A DNA stretch of 35,886 nucleotides from an uncultured Gammaproteobacteria bacterium. Lineage in GTDB: Bacteria; Patescibacteriota; Microgenomatia; UBA1406; GWC2-37-13. The notes under the pieces were generated by a model. It ran no database searches. It was not told where the DNA came from and worked only from the letters and a program-made list of their open reading frames with translations. Positions 24,582 to 34,000 of this stretch are shown in pieces. Numbering within the stretch: position 1 is the first letter of the stretch; every line of letters begins with the position of its first letter. The translations under genes and the position numbers were made by a program. The stretch lies in NCBI GenBank assembly GCA_964476545.1, contig CAYZAZ010000005.1, positions 1-35,886 on the forward strand, in the 5' to 3' direction.

Positions 24582-27242
24582 GTGAGAAAAATCAAGATTC
24601 TAATCTTTATTTTTTTCTTGCTATTTATACCCGACAGAGTTTCTGCCTTTGATTCATTTACCCGAAATCAAAATAATCCCTTGCCAGTAGAGTATGTTTC
24701 ACCTTTTAACACCAATCAACAAGTTCATGTTTATTTTGAAGATAATATCTTTAAAGCAATATTCTCCACGAAACAAATTGGTCAAACAGCTCATTCATTA
24801 GTCTATGGTAATTCAAGTGACGGACTAAACTGGAAACAAGAAAAAATAATTCTAACCAGTCCAGAAGACCTCTCCAATCCAAGAGTTACTAGATTAAACG
24901 AAACTAGTATTAAAATATATTTTACTCGCTTGGATAATGATGGTCTCTATCGCCAATATAGTATAAATTGCGATAATAATTTCAACTGTTCAGATATAGT
25001 TTTAGTCCTCCAACCAAGTTATTATTGGGAAAATTATGGTAATTTTGCCGCTTTTCCATTTTCCCAAAATTCCACTAATTATTTGTTTTATGGTGCTTGG
25101 GGGCCGGGTGGATTTAGAATTAATTTAGCAACTCAAGTAAATAATACCTGGGAAAAATGTACTACCGCCACTCTTCCATCGGCAGATGGCCCTTTTGTCT
25201 TTGAAGAAAATGGAGTTACCTATCTATTTTTTCACAATTCAAATGACCCTCATGCTATTAATTATGTTCAAACTACTGAACCAATTTCCTGCACTACTCA
25301 CTGGTCTGATCGCCGACCTGTTTTATTTTCTCAAGAAAGTTATGATTTAAGACATCTTATTTTTCCCTCTATTGTTAAAAAAGATAATGTTCATTATCTC
25401 TATTATTCGGGATATGCCGTAGATAATATTTGGCGGCTAAATTTAGCTACCGATCATGAAATTGCCCAAAATAAAACACCCCTTATTATTCTACCGGGCT
25501 TCATGGGCTCTTGGAATAAACAGGCTATTCTTCATAATGAAACTATCAATCAAACAGATTGGATACTCAATCCGATTGTTCATGAGTATGATGGACTTAA
25601 ACAAACACTAAACAATATCGGATATGTTGAAAATTCAGATTACTATTTTTTTTATTACGACTGGCGTAAGGGACTAAATGGACTTGCCGATGATCTTAAT
25701 AATTTTATTACAACCAATAACCAATTACCTGTAACAAATATTCAAATAGTTGGTCATTCTCTTGGTGGCTTAGTTTCTCGAATATATTTTCAAAAACACA
25801 GTCCTACAAATATCTCAAAAATTATTACCCTTGGTTCACCTCATCAAGGAACTCCCCAAGCTTACACTGCGGTGGAAGCAGGTGAATTAAATACCGAAAA
25901 TAATTTGCTATGGCTTGCCCAAAAATTAATTCTCCAAATTAACAAAAATAGCCTCGTGACTGACAAACAACTAATTAGTGATAAATTTCCGATTGCCCGC
26001 GACCTCCTCCCTATCTATAATTTTCTAAAAAATAACAATGACCAGATAATAAACATATCCGATATGGTAGAAATGAATAATAATTTACTTTCGTATCAAC
26101 CCACCTTACCCACGACTAATACCGTTCTAACCACGATCGTGGGTGAGACGGTATCAACAATTTCAGGCTACAAAATCGGAGCAAGAACAATCTTTGATCA
26201 ACTACTCAATTACTATCCCGACGGCCGGCCAACAGAAAGCTTTTATGAAATCGGTGATGAAACAGTTATTTCCTCAAGTGCCAAAATTAATAGTAATCCC
26301 CAAATTTTAAACTTAAATCATGGAGAGTTAGTTTATAAAAAAGAAGGTATAAAAGCCATATTAGATACTTTATCAATTCCTTATCAAGAAAGTCAAATTG
26401 TTGAGGGAAGTCGCACCCAAATTTTTCCTTCGCTTATCTTTTTAGTATTTTCACCAGTTACTTTAAAAGTAAATTTTTTAAATAACACATATTTAGAAAA
26501 TAATGGAATTATCCATATTCCCAATCCTCAATCTGGCAGTTATGCACTTGAGGCGACTGGCAATACGCCTGGTCGCTATACTATTCTCATCGGTCAACTA
26601 ACAGAAAATAAAAATGTGTGGTCAAAAATTGAGGGAAAAATAAATAGCTTGCCTCAAGTTGATAGTTATTCATTTGAATTTAATTTAAACTCACCCCAAG
26701 AGATAGAAACATCCAGTGACATTGCAGGCCAATTTGACGAATTAATTATTTATTTAAGCGACATAAATCTCACCTTAAAAAAAGCTGACATAAATAAATC
26801 AATTACCAATCTCCAAAAAGCCAAAGAATATTTTCAACAAAAAAGTTATGGAAAATTAAAACCAGCTCTTCAACTTACTCAAAATCAAATTTTAATTACA
26901 ATAAATGGAATTAGTGGAGAAAATAAAGCCAAATTACTATCCGCGCTCGAAAAACTGGAAAAAATATATTCAATTTCTCTCCAAACCTACTCATTTGGAG
27001 TTTTCCCTCAAAGATTAAAAACTGATTTAACTAATCTCAAAAAAACAGTTCTTTCTCATCAACAATACTTGCTAACAAACAAAAATGCAGGAAAAAATGT
27101 TTTTCTCAACTCTCTCTTACTTTCTCAAATTGATTTAAAAATTAAAAAAGCAGAAAATTCCCTAAATGAAAAACTGTATAATTCCACCGAAGTCCTCCTC
27201 AAATCCGCAAGTGAATTATTAAAAAATGTAAGAAGGTTATAA
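24582..27242 (+). CDS. Secreted multidomain protein: beta-propeller-like N-domain, alpha/beta-hydrolase (lipase/LCAT/PGAP1-like) domain and a helical C-terminal region
   Basis: 886 aa, GTG start, signal peptide ending VSA/FD. The N-domain has repeated YxFY/YLFF/YLYYSG strands suggesting a GH43/GH32-like propeller. The lipase-type motifs are PLIILPGFMGSW, the nucleophile elbow GHSLGG and LGSPHQGT. Confidence 0.7.
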   Translation: MRKIKILIFIFFLLFIPDRVSAFDSFTRNQNNPLPVEYVSPFNTNQQVHVYFEDNIFKAIFSTKQIGQTAHSLVYGNSSDGLNWKQEKIILTSPEDLSNPRVTRLNETSIKIYFTRLDNDGLYRQYSINCDNNFNCSDIVLVLQPSYYWENYGNFAAFPFSQNSTNYLFYGAWGPGGFRINLATQVNNTWEKCTTATLPSADGPFVFEENGVTYLFFHNSNDPHAINYVQTTEPISCTTHWSDRRPVLFSQESYDLRHLIFPSIVKKDNVHYLYYSGYAVDNIWRLNLATDHEIAQNKTPLIILPGFMGSWNKQAILHNETINQTDWILNPIVHEYDGLKQTLNNIGYVENSDYYFFYYDWRKGLNGLADDLNNFITTNNQLPVTNIQIVGHSLGGLVSRIYFQKHSPTNISKIITLGSPHQGTPQAYTAVEAGELNTENNLLWLAQKLILQINKNSLVTDKQLISDKFPIARDLLPIYNFLKNNNDQIINISDMVEMNNNLLSYQPTLPTTNTVLTTIVGETVSTISGYKIGARTIFDQLLNYYPDGRPTESFYEIGDETVISSSAKINSNPQILNLNHGELVYKKEGIKAILDTLSIPYQESQIVEGSRTQIFPSLIFLVFSPVTLKVNFLNNTYLENNGIIHIPNPQSGSYALEATGNTPGRYTILIGQLTENKNVWSKIEGKINSLPQVDSYSFEFNLNSPQEIETSSDIAGQFDELIIYLSDINLTLKKADINKSITNLQKAKEYFQQKSYGKLKPALQLTQNQILITINGISGENKAKLLSALEKLEKIYSISLQTYSFGVFPQRLKTDLTNLKKTVLSHQQYLLTNKNAGKNVFLNSLLLSQIDLKIKKAENSLNEKLYNSTEVLLKSASELLKNVRRL

Positions 27243-27248
27243 GTTCAA

Positions 27249-28007
27249 TTATGCCGAAACAGGCAAATCAGTTTGTATAGTTACTGGAAAAATAAATGGA
27301 TTATCTACTTCAACTGGAGGATTAGACCCTGCACCACCAGTTAACTTATTCCAAATATCTTCGCTATTAAGCGCTGTCACTCGTGCATTAGCTAAAGAAA
27401 AACCAATCTTCCCAATCTTTCCACTTGTTATTTGTTGTGCTGAATCAAATTTAAATTCGAGACCAATATCATGACATATAGTTTCAAATAATTCACCACT
27501 TACTTCCTTCTCGTTTATATCTCTATCTGTACATTCTAAAGTAATTGCTTTTATATCTCCATTACTAAGTCTTGAAACTATAAACGTCGAGGAACTATTA
27601 TCACCTATAAGTTCATGTCGTTTTAAATCATCTAAATATTTTTTTTCCAAAATAATTTGAATCTCCTGTGTTTCTAACCAAGTATTTAAATCTTCAATTT
27701 GATTAGCTCGAGTAAAAACCATTAACTTTTCAACATCTTTACTTAAACCAGAAGATAATACCAAAGCTGAATGCATACCATCATCTGATAAAGCAATATC
27801 AACTTCATATTTTCCATTTGGATCTCTATATGATTGCCTTATTGATTGATTTTCGCCTGCTAATTCAACACTATTTAATGGACCCATCCAAAATTGATGC
27901 TGATGGTAGGGGCCTTGAAGCCTTTTATTTTGGGTAGAATCAATAAATTTTTTCCATTTTTCAAATTGAGGAAAATACTGTGATGGTCTATTATTTTCTA
28001 CTGACAT
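27249..28007 (-). CDS. Hypothetical protein, paralogue A of a tandem pair
   Basis: 252 aa with no signal peptide or TM segment. Shares N-terminal (PQFEKWKKF vs PQFEELKRF) and C-terminal (DIGL.F.F...G.IGKI.F.LAN...IWN.LTG...NPFIFPV) blocks with the adjacent ORF. Confidence 0.6.
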   Translation of the reverse strand: MSVENNRPSQYFPQFEKWKKFIDSTQNKRLQGPYHQHQFWMGPLNSVELAGENQSIRQSYRDPNGKYEVDIALSDDGMHSALVLSSGLSKDVEKLMVFTRANQIEDLNTWLETQEIQIILEKKYLDDLKRHELIGDNSSSTFIVSRLSNGDIKAITLECTDRDINEKEVSGELFETICHDIGLEFKFDSAQQITSGKIGKIGFSLANARVTALNSEDIWNKLTGGAGSNPPVEVDNPFIFPVTIQTDLPVSA

Positions 28008-28045
28008 GTGGTTATTATATTATCAGTGTGCGATAAAGTCAAATT

Positions 28046-28705
28046 TTAGTAATTATCTATCTCCACACTTACAGGAAAAATAAAAGGATTGCCCTGTCCT
28101 TTTCCTGTCAAAGAATTCCAAATATTTTCTTTATCAAGCACAGTCTCAGCGACATTAGCCAGATTAAATCTTATTTTTCCAATTTGACCAACTATATTAT
28201 TATCCATTTGTCCAAAACCAAAGGACAATCCAATATCTTCACATATTTTATCAAGTGCTTCGCTACTTAATTCATCACTTTGAGGTAAACTTATTTCAAT
28301 TTTTTGGAAAGGCACCCAATCTTTTTTGTTTAAAGGTCGGTTAGCTTCACTCAATATATGGATATGATCAACAATTCCATTAATATAAATTACCAAATCA
28401 CTAAATATATGGTGATCACTTAAGCCTGTTTTAATAATATATCTACCAGCAAAATCACTATATTCTTGAGTAATTGATTCCGGTCTATATTTATGACCAA
28501 GATGAGCATAATTTACCTTCGTATCAATAAATCTAGGATTTGTATAACCAAATCCCGTATATATACCATCGTCAAAGGAATATTTTGGTAATGCATGCAC
28601 AAATCTTTTTAATTCTTCAAATTGAGGTAATAATTCCGTAGGGTTTAATCTACCAAAATTGTGCGGAAGCATTAATGTCTTTAAAATTGATGTTTCTGCT
28701 GACAT
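28046..28705 (-). CDS. Hypothetical protein, paralogue B of a tandem pair
   Basis: 219 aa, collinear similarity to 27249-28007. Has clustered His residues (HLGH, DHH, DHIH) and its own canonical promoter immediately upstream. Confidence 0.6.
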   Translation of the reverse strand: MSAETSILKTLMLPHNFGRLNPTELLPQFEELKRFVHALPKYSFDDGIYTGFGYTNPRFIDTKVNYAHLGHKYRPESITQEYSDFAGRYIIKTGLSDHHIFSDLVIYINGIVDHIHILSEANRPLNKKDWVPFQKIEISLPQSDELSSEALDKICEDIGLSFGFGQMDNNIVGQIGKIRFNLANVAETVLDKENIWNSLTGKGQGNPFIFPVSVEIDNY

Positions 28706-28734
28706 ACTTACATATCTAATATGTATAATTATAT

Positions 28735-28762
28735 ATTATACCATATTATAACTATAGGTCAA
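28735..28762 (-). promoter_or_regulatory. Promoter of the tandem-paralogue pair (TTGACC-N16-TGgTATAAT)
   Basis: Minus-strand TTGACC is plus 28757-28762 and TGGTATAAT is plus 28735-28743. It lies between the permease stop (28769) and the paralogue B start (28705). Confidence 0.6.
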
Positions 28763-28768
28763 TAAAAG

Positions 28769-29575
28769 TTAAGAATTGCAACCTCGAGAAGATCTCTCTT
28801 TACAACAAGTATTTTTTATCAAATATGTAAAAATAAAAATTGCAATACTCGTCAAAACCACAATTGGACCGGTAGGTAAGTCAATTCTGGCTGAAATTAA
28901 TATCCCAACAACCGATGAAATTACCCCAAACAAAATTGACCAAAGATAATATTCCTGAATATTACGACTAATATTTTTTGCACTGGCCGCCGGAATTATC
29001 ACTAATGCCCCCATGAGTAGTGTCCCAACAAATCTCACTCCCAAAGAGACAATCGCTCCAACCATGATCAAATAGATAAAATTTATTTTATGAGTCGATA
29101 TATTCACGGATTTTGCCAACCCCACGGAAATTGTTCCTAATAATAATTTTTTAGAAACGTAATATGTAATATAAATAATAATTAAAGAAAGAAAAACGGC
29201 CACTAAACCTTCTAATATACTAATTTTTTCAATGCTTCCAAATAAAGCTTCAAAAATGTCTGGTTCAGGGGTAATAAGTATTCCGATGGCCAATGCCGTA
29301 GTAAAAAATATTCCCACTAATGCTTCTGGATAAACTGTGGAAGTTTTTTCAAAATACCAAACCCCGATTACGGCAATAATCAAAGCCACAAAAGCACCAA
29401 TCATTGGCGATAGATGAAGCATCAGCGCAATCGCAATTCCCGGTAGCGCCACATGGGACAAAGCATCCCCCACCAAGGACATTCTTTTTAAAACCATAAA
29501 AGAACCGACATAGCTCGTTGCAATGCTAATAAAAATTCCGACTAATAATAATATTGCTAAATTTGTTTCAATCAT
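28769..29575 (-). CDS. Metal (Zn/Mn/Fe-type, ABC-3 family) ABC transporter permease
   Basis: 268 aa, polytopic, with ABC-3 family pattern (MSLVGDALSHVALPGIA). Lies 2 nt downstream of the ATPase gene. Unusual Cys-rich C-terminal tail CCKERSSRGCNS. Confidence 0.9.
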   Translation of the reverse strand: MIETNLAILLLVGIFISIATSYVGSFMVLKRMSLVGDALSHVALPGIAIALMLHLSPMIGAFVALIIAVIGVWYFEKTSTVYPEALVGIFFTTALAIGILITPEPDIFEALFGSIEKISILEGLVAVFLSLIIIYITYYVSKKLLLGTISVGLAKSVNISTHKINFIYLIMVGAIVSLGVRFVGTLLMGALVIIPAASAKNISRNIQEYYLWSILFGVISSVVGILISARIDLPTGPIVVLTSIAIFIFTYLIKNTCCKERSSRGCNS

Positions 29576-29577
29576 AT

Positions 29578-30291
29578 TTAATGATGTTTATAAAGACCGA
29601 CATTGCTTCCATATAATTTATTCAAACTATCTTTATTCAAAGTCAAGTTAGGTGGGCCATAACAAATGGCTTCCTTATTCAAGCAAAGGACGTTATTAGC
29701 ATATTTGTAAACTACATTTAAGTCATGGGAAATTAAAACAATTGCAATTTTTTTATCATTTTGTAATTCATGCAAAAGGCTATAAATAGTTTCTTCAGCG
29801 GAGATATCGACTCCAGAAGTGGGCTCATCAAATAATAAAATGTCCGGATTACCAATCAAAGCCCAAGCAATCATTACTCGCTGAAATTCCCCACCTGATA
29901 AAAAACCAATTTTCTTATTCAAAATATGCTCCTTCAAGTGACTTCGATGCGGTTGATTTTCTTCAAAACCAACTGTTTTTAAAGCCAAATCTATCTCCTT
30001 TTTATTTGTTTCCTTCAACTTAAAAAAGTCCAGCGTCGTCAAAGGAAGGTCAGTGTCAATATTCATTCTTTGAGGAACATAGCCAATCTTTACACCCTTT
30101 TTCCATTCAATTTTTCCTTGATAGGCAATTAAATTCAAAAGAGCATGAAATAAGGTCGTCTTCCCCGAACCATTGGGCCCAATAATCGCCAAGGTTTCTT
30201 TACTCTTTACCTTAAAACTTACATTATGAAGAACATGATTTTTATTAAACATTACGCATAAATTTGAAACAGAAAGAAGTGGTACTGACAT
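29578..30291 (-). CDS. Metal ABC transporter ATP-binding protein (ZnuC/MntB-like)
   Basis: 237 aa. Walker A GPNGSGKTT, signature LSGGEFQR, Walker B LLFDEPTSGVD, H-loop SHD. Confidence 0.9.
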   Translation of the reverse strand: MSVPLLSVSNLCVMFNKNHVLHNVSFKVKSKETLAIIGPNGSGKTTLFHALLNLIAYQGKIEWKKGVKIGYVPQRMNIDTDLPLTTLDFFKLKETNKKEIDLALKTVGFEENQPHRSHLKEHILNKKIGFLSGGEFQRVMIAWALIGNPDILLFDEPTSGVDISAEETIYSLLHELQNDKKIAIVLISHDLNVVYKYANNVLCLNKEAICYGPPNLTLNKDSLNKLYGSNVGLYKHH

Positions 30292-30296
30292 AATAT

Positions 30297-30302
30297 ATTA
30301 TA
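30297..30302 (-). promoter_or_regulatory. Perfect TATAAT 5 nt upstream of the ABC ATPase start codon
   Basis: The minus strand reads ...AATGTATAATatattATG. No SD. Confidence 0.4.
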
Positions 30303-30373
30303 CATTAATTGCACTAATTTAGCATTAATGACAAATAAAATAGTATATTTTTATCGTCCGTATAAAAAACCCC

Positions 30374-30402
30374 TTGACAAATTAATTTTATATATTTATG
30401 AT
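30374..30402 (+). promoter_or_regulatory. Sigma70-type promoter of the TasA-like gene (TTGACA-N17-TATGAT)
   Basis: TTGACA at 30374-30379, a 17-nt spacer and TATGAT at 30397-30402. This gives a leader of about 55 nt ending in a strong SD (30444-30454). Confidence 0.6.
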
Positions 30403-30461
30403 GTTATTTGTATTAAGAATATTTATAAATTTCACAAAAAAAGAGAGGGGGTGAAAAATAA

Positions 30462-31019
30462 ATGAAAAGAATTATTTTATCTTTAGTATTAGTCGTAGGA
30501 ACAATATTTGCCAGCATTGCTTATACTAGAGCAGCTTGGACAGATACTGTAACTGTTACTAATAACATAATTACAACAGGAACAGTTGATCTAGAAGTAT
30601 CAACAGACAGTGGTACAACTTGGGATTCCACAACTGCTTCCTCAACGATGACTCTATCAAATTTAGCACCAGGTGCAGCAGCAACATCAGCCTATTCATT
30701 CTCACTCAGAAATTCTGGAACAGTAGGCCCAATGACGCTTAGCGCTCAAGTCACTTCAACAAACATCACACCAACTGCTGGAGTAGATAAATCAATGTTA
30801 TATTTGACTATCTATGATACAGATACATTGGCAGATGTCTCAGCTGAAGTTACTATGTTAGCTTGGGAATCTGGATTACAAGCATTGACAACAACGCTTC
30901 CATCCGGAGGAACACCAGCTAATTTTGGTATAAGAGCTCGTTTAGATACAACAGCAGACAATACATGGCAAGGACAAACCGTGACATTTACTTTAAGTGT
31001 TACTGGAACCCAACCATAA
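30462..31019 (+). CDS. TasA/camelysin-family secreted protein with SipW-type signal peptide (candidate fibre subunit)
   Basis: 185 aa. The N-terminus MKRIILSLVLVVGTIFASIAYTRAAWTDTVTVTNNIITTGTVDLEV parallels the camelysin/TasA pattern ...GGGTFAYFSD...NNTFAAGTLDL. The internal NLAPG...SFSLRNSGTV and C-terminal NTWQGQTVTFTLSVTGTQ parallel DLKPGD...LQNRGS and FQGDSL..W.F.A.Q. Strong SD GAGGGGGTGA. Confidence 0.8.
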   Translation: MKRIILSLVLVVGTIFASIAYTRAAWTDTVTVTNNIITTGTVDLEVSTDSGTTWDSTTASSTMTLSNLAPGAAATSAYSFSLRNSGTVGPMTLSAQVTSTNITPTAGVDKSMLYLTIYDTDTLADVSAEVTMLAWESGLQALTTTLPSGGTPANFGIRARLDTTADNTWQGQTVTFTLSVTGTQP

Positions 31020-31033
31020 TTTGTCAATTCTTT

Positions 31034-31059
31034 GGAAGCCTGAAACAATTCAGGCTTCC
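31034..31059 (+). terminator. Perfect 11-bp hairpin between the TasA-like gene and the SipW-fusion gene (terminator or attenuator candidate)
   Basis: GGAAGCCTGAA-acaa-TTCAGGCTTCC. The sequence downstream is T-rich but not an uninterrupted T-run. Confidence 0.45.
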
Positions 31060-31088
31060 TCTAGAATTTAAAAAATTTTTCATTATTA

Positions 31089-34000
31089 ATGAGTAAAGTA
31101 TTAAAAATCATTTGGCGAATTCTTCCTACAATTATTTTAGTGCTTACTAGCGTTTCAATTTTGACTATTTTACCGCTTCGAAATTCTCCTTTTAAGGCAT
31201 TTATCGTAACTACAGGAAGTATGCGACCAAAAATTCCAGAAGGTTCAATCGTTTTTGTTGATAGAAAACCTTCAAAACCATTAAAAACCAATGACATTAT
31301 TACTTTTAAAAAACCAAATAATCCAATTGACAATGTAACTCACCGTATTGTTAAAATAATTTTAAAGTCAGGAAAACCAGTTATTATCACCAAAGGAGAC
31401 GCAAATAATTCAAATGACGTTTGGGATCTAAAAAAAGATGCTATTTGGGGAAAGGTTGTTTTTTCTCTTCCGTATATCGGCTACTTTGCTAATTTTGCAA
31501 AAACTAAAATTGGTGTAATTATTTTAGTGCTTATTCCTCTCGGATTTATTGCAATTAGTGAACTGTTTGTAATATTTAAAGAAGTAGAGAAATTTAAAGA
31601 AAGAAGAAGAAAGAAAAAGCAAAAAAATTCTTCTACTGAAATTTTATCCAAAACACTACCTCTTCTTCTTATTTTTTTAAATATAACGCTATTAAATAGT
31701 TTTGGAGTTTTTACAGATAGAATTACTAGTACATTAGCTGTTGTTACTACAAAATGCTGGACTAACCCATTACAACCAACATCGTTATTACCAAACAATA
31801 ATACAGTTAGTAACAGTACTGATATTAACTTTAGTTGGCCTGCGACCACTTCAAACTGCCCAATTGCCACTCTCGAATATAATTTTCAAATTTTTAGTGA
31901 CTCATCTTTAACAACTCTTGTTACTGAGTCCGGATTTTTATCTAATCTATCTTTCAACTATACATCTATTCCCGAGGGAGAGTATTGGTGGAGAGTTCAA
32001 GCTAAAGATCAATATAATAATACATCTAATAGTACTTCCCATCATTTAATTATAGACAGAACCAGTCCAACAGTTCCCGGACAGATTGATTGGACGACTG
32101 AAAATCCACCAAGCGGATCTGATTACATTAGTGGATCGGACTTTGATAATTTTAAAACTTGTAATGGAGCGTTAAATTATTCTCCAATGACTAACCTTTG
32201 GTCGCCCTCAACTGATACAAATAGTTTTACTTATGAAAGAGAAGTCTATTCTCCAATTGGCAATCTTATATATTTTCATCTTGGAATGACAACTAATTAT
32301 GAAAATGGTGGTGGAGCAGTTGATGGAACCACCTATTGGGTGCGAATAAGAGCCAAAGATATTGCCGGAAATTATAGTGCTTGGACAAGCAAATGCGCAA
32401 TTACTTACGACACAACTTCCCCTTCAATCCCCTCTCTTTCCGTTACCGGCTCATTTACTAAGGCAGTTGAGGAAAAAATTAATAATAGTGATTTTGAAAC
32501 TGGCGATCTGACTAATTGGAGAAGCGCTGGCGACGTACAAGTTATGACAACCGATAATGGTAGTACTCCGGACTTTACCGTCACTCCTTATGATGGTGTA
32601 TACATGACCCGAATTGGCCAAGCGAGTTCTTATGTTTGGGAAAATAGATTAATGGGTTCATTTGACTCTGGCGCCAAAAGTCTTTCCATGCGCTACAACT
32701 TTTTTAGCCGTGATGCCGGCAGTCAAGACAATCCAGGATTTTTCATCCGTTTGAATGGTCAAGAAATATTTTCCTTAAATACCAGTAGCGTCAATCCAGG
32801 CGCAATCAATGATGGCAATGCAAGGTCTACTGATTGGCAAGAATATAAATACGATTTAAGTAATGTTACTGATTCCAAAATTAATTTAGCCATGTATGCA
32901 GGCAATACAAGTGATACTTTAAATAATTCCTGGGTTTATGTTGATAAAATCACCACTTACTTTGTCTCTGCCCCGGCCCATGCAATTTATGATTTATCAG
33001 GTAGTGATAATCTTGGTGGTTCCGGTATTAGTCATTTTGAATATGATATCGATGGCTCAGGTTGGCTAACAGGTAATTCTTTTGGTAATGTTGCTCCATT
33101 TTCAAATGGAGGCACTCATACTTTACTTTACCGCTCAATTGACAACGCCGGCAATTCGAGTGCTATTTCAACAGTCAGAATTATTACCGATGACATTGCA
33201 CCAAGCACTATTTCTGATCTAGCCGTTACCTCAACGAGTAATACTGCTAATTTAACTTGGACTGCTCCCGGAAATGATGGTACTTCCAATCGTGCGAGTT
33301 CTTATGACATAAGATATTCCACCTCAAATATTACCGATGACACAACTTTTAATTCGGCCACTAAAGTAGAAAAGGTTCCTGTTCCCAAAGAACCAGGCGA
33401 AACTGAAAATTTAGAAATTATTGGCCTTAATCCATCAACTCTTTATTACTTTGCAGTTAAAACTAGTGATGAAGCACCCAATACATCTTTACTTTCCAAT
33501 GTTCCTTCAGACACAACCAGTGCCGGATCAACAATTAACGCCGGTGATCTTATCATCAACGAATTAATGTGGATGGGTTCCAGTCAAGGTGCAGATGACC
33601 AATGGATTGAACTACGCAATATGACCGATCATGCCATTGATTTAACCAATGTAACCTTCACCAAATATGATGGTACAACAGATATTTTAATGTTAACAAT
33701 TCCATCAGGGAACATCCCAGCCCATGGATATTTCTTAATTGCCAACTTTGCCAATACTGCTTCTAAATTAAAAGACAGTCTCACCGTCGATTTAGTTACC
33801 ACTGATGTCGATTTAAGTAATGCTAATTTATCAATAAAACTTTTTGATTCTACCTTAAATATGATCGATGAAGCTTGGGATCAGTCAGCTCCAATTGAAG
33901 GAATTTATGACGCGACTCCTGGTAGTGAAAAATATTATTCAATGGAGAGAACTTCTGTTCCCGGAAATGGAACCGATCCTCTAAATTGGTATACTTGTAT

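Noticed and set aside
31061-31333. 90-aa minus-strand ORF spanning the SipW start
   Set aside because: It is antisense to the peptidase catalytic domain, which has clear family motifs.
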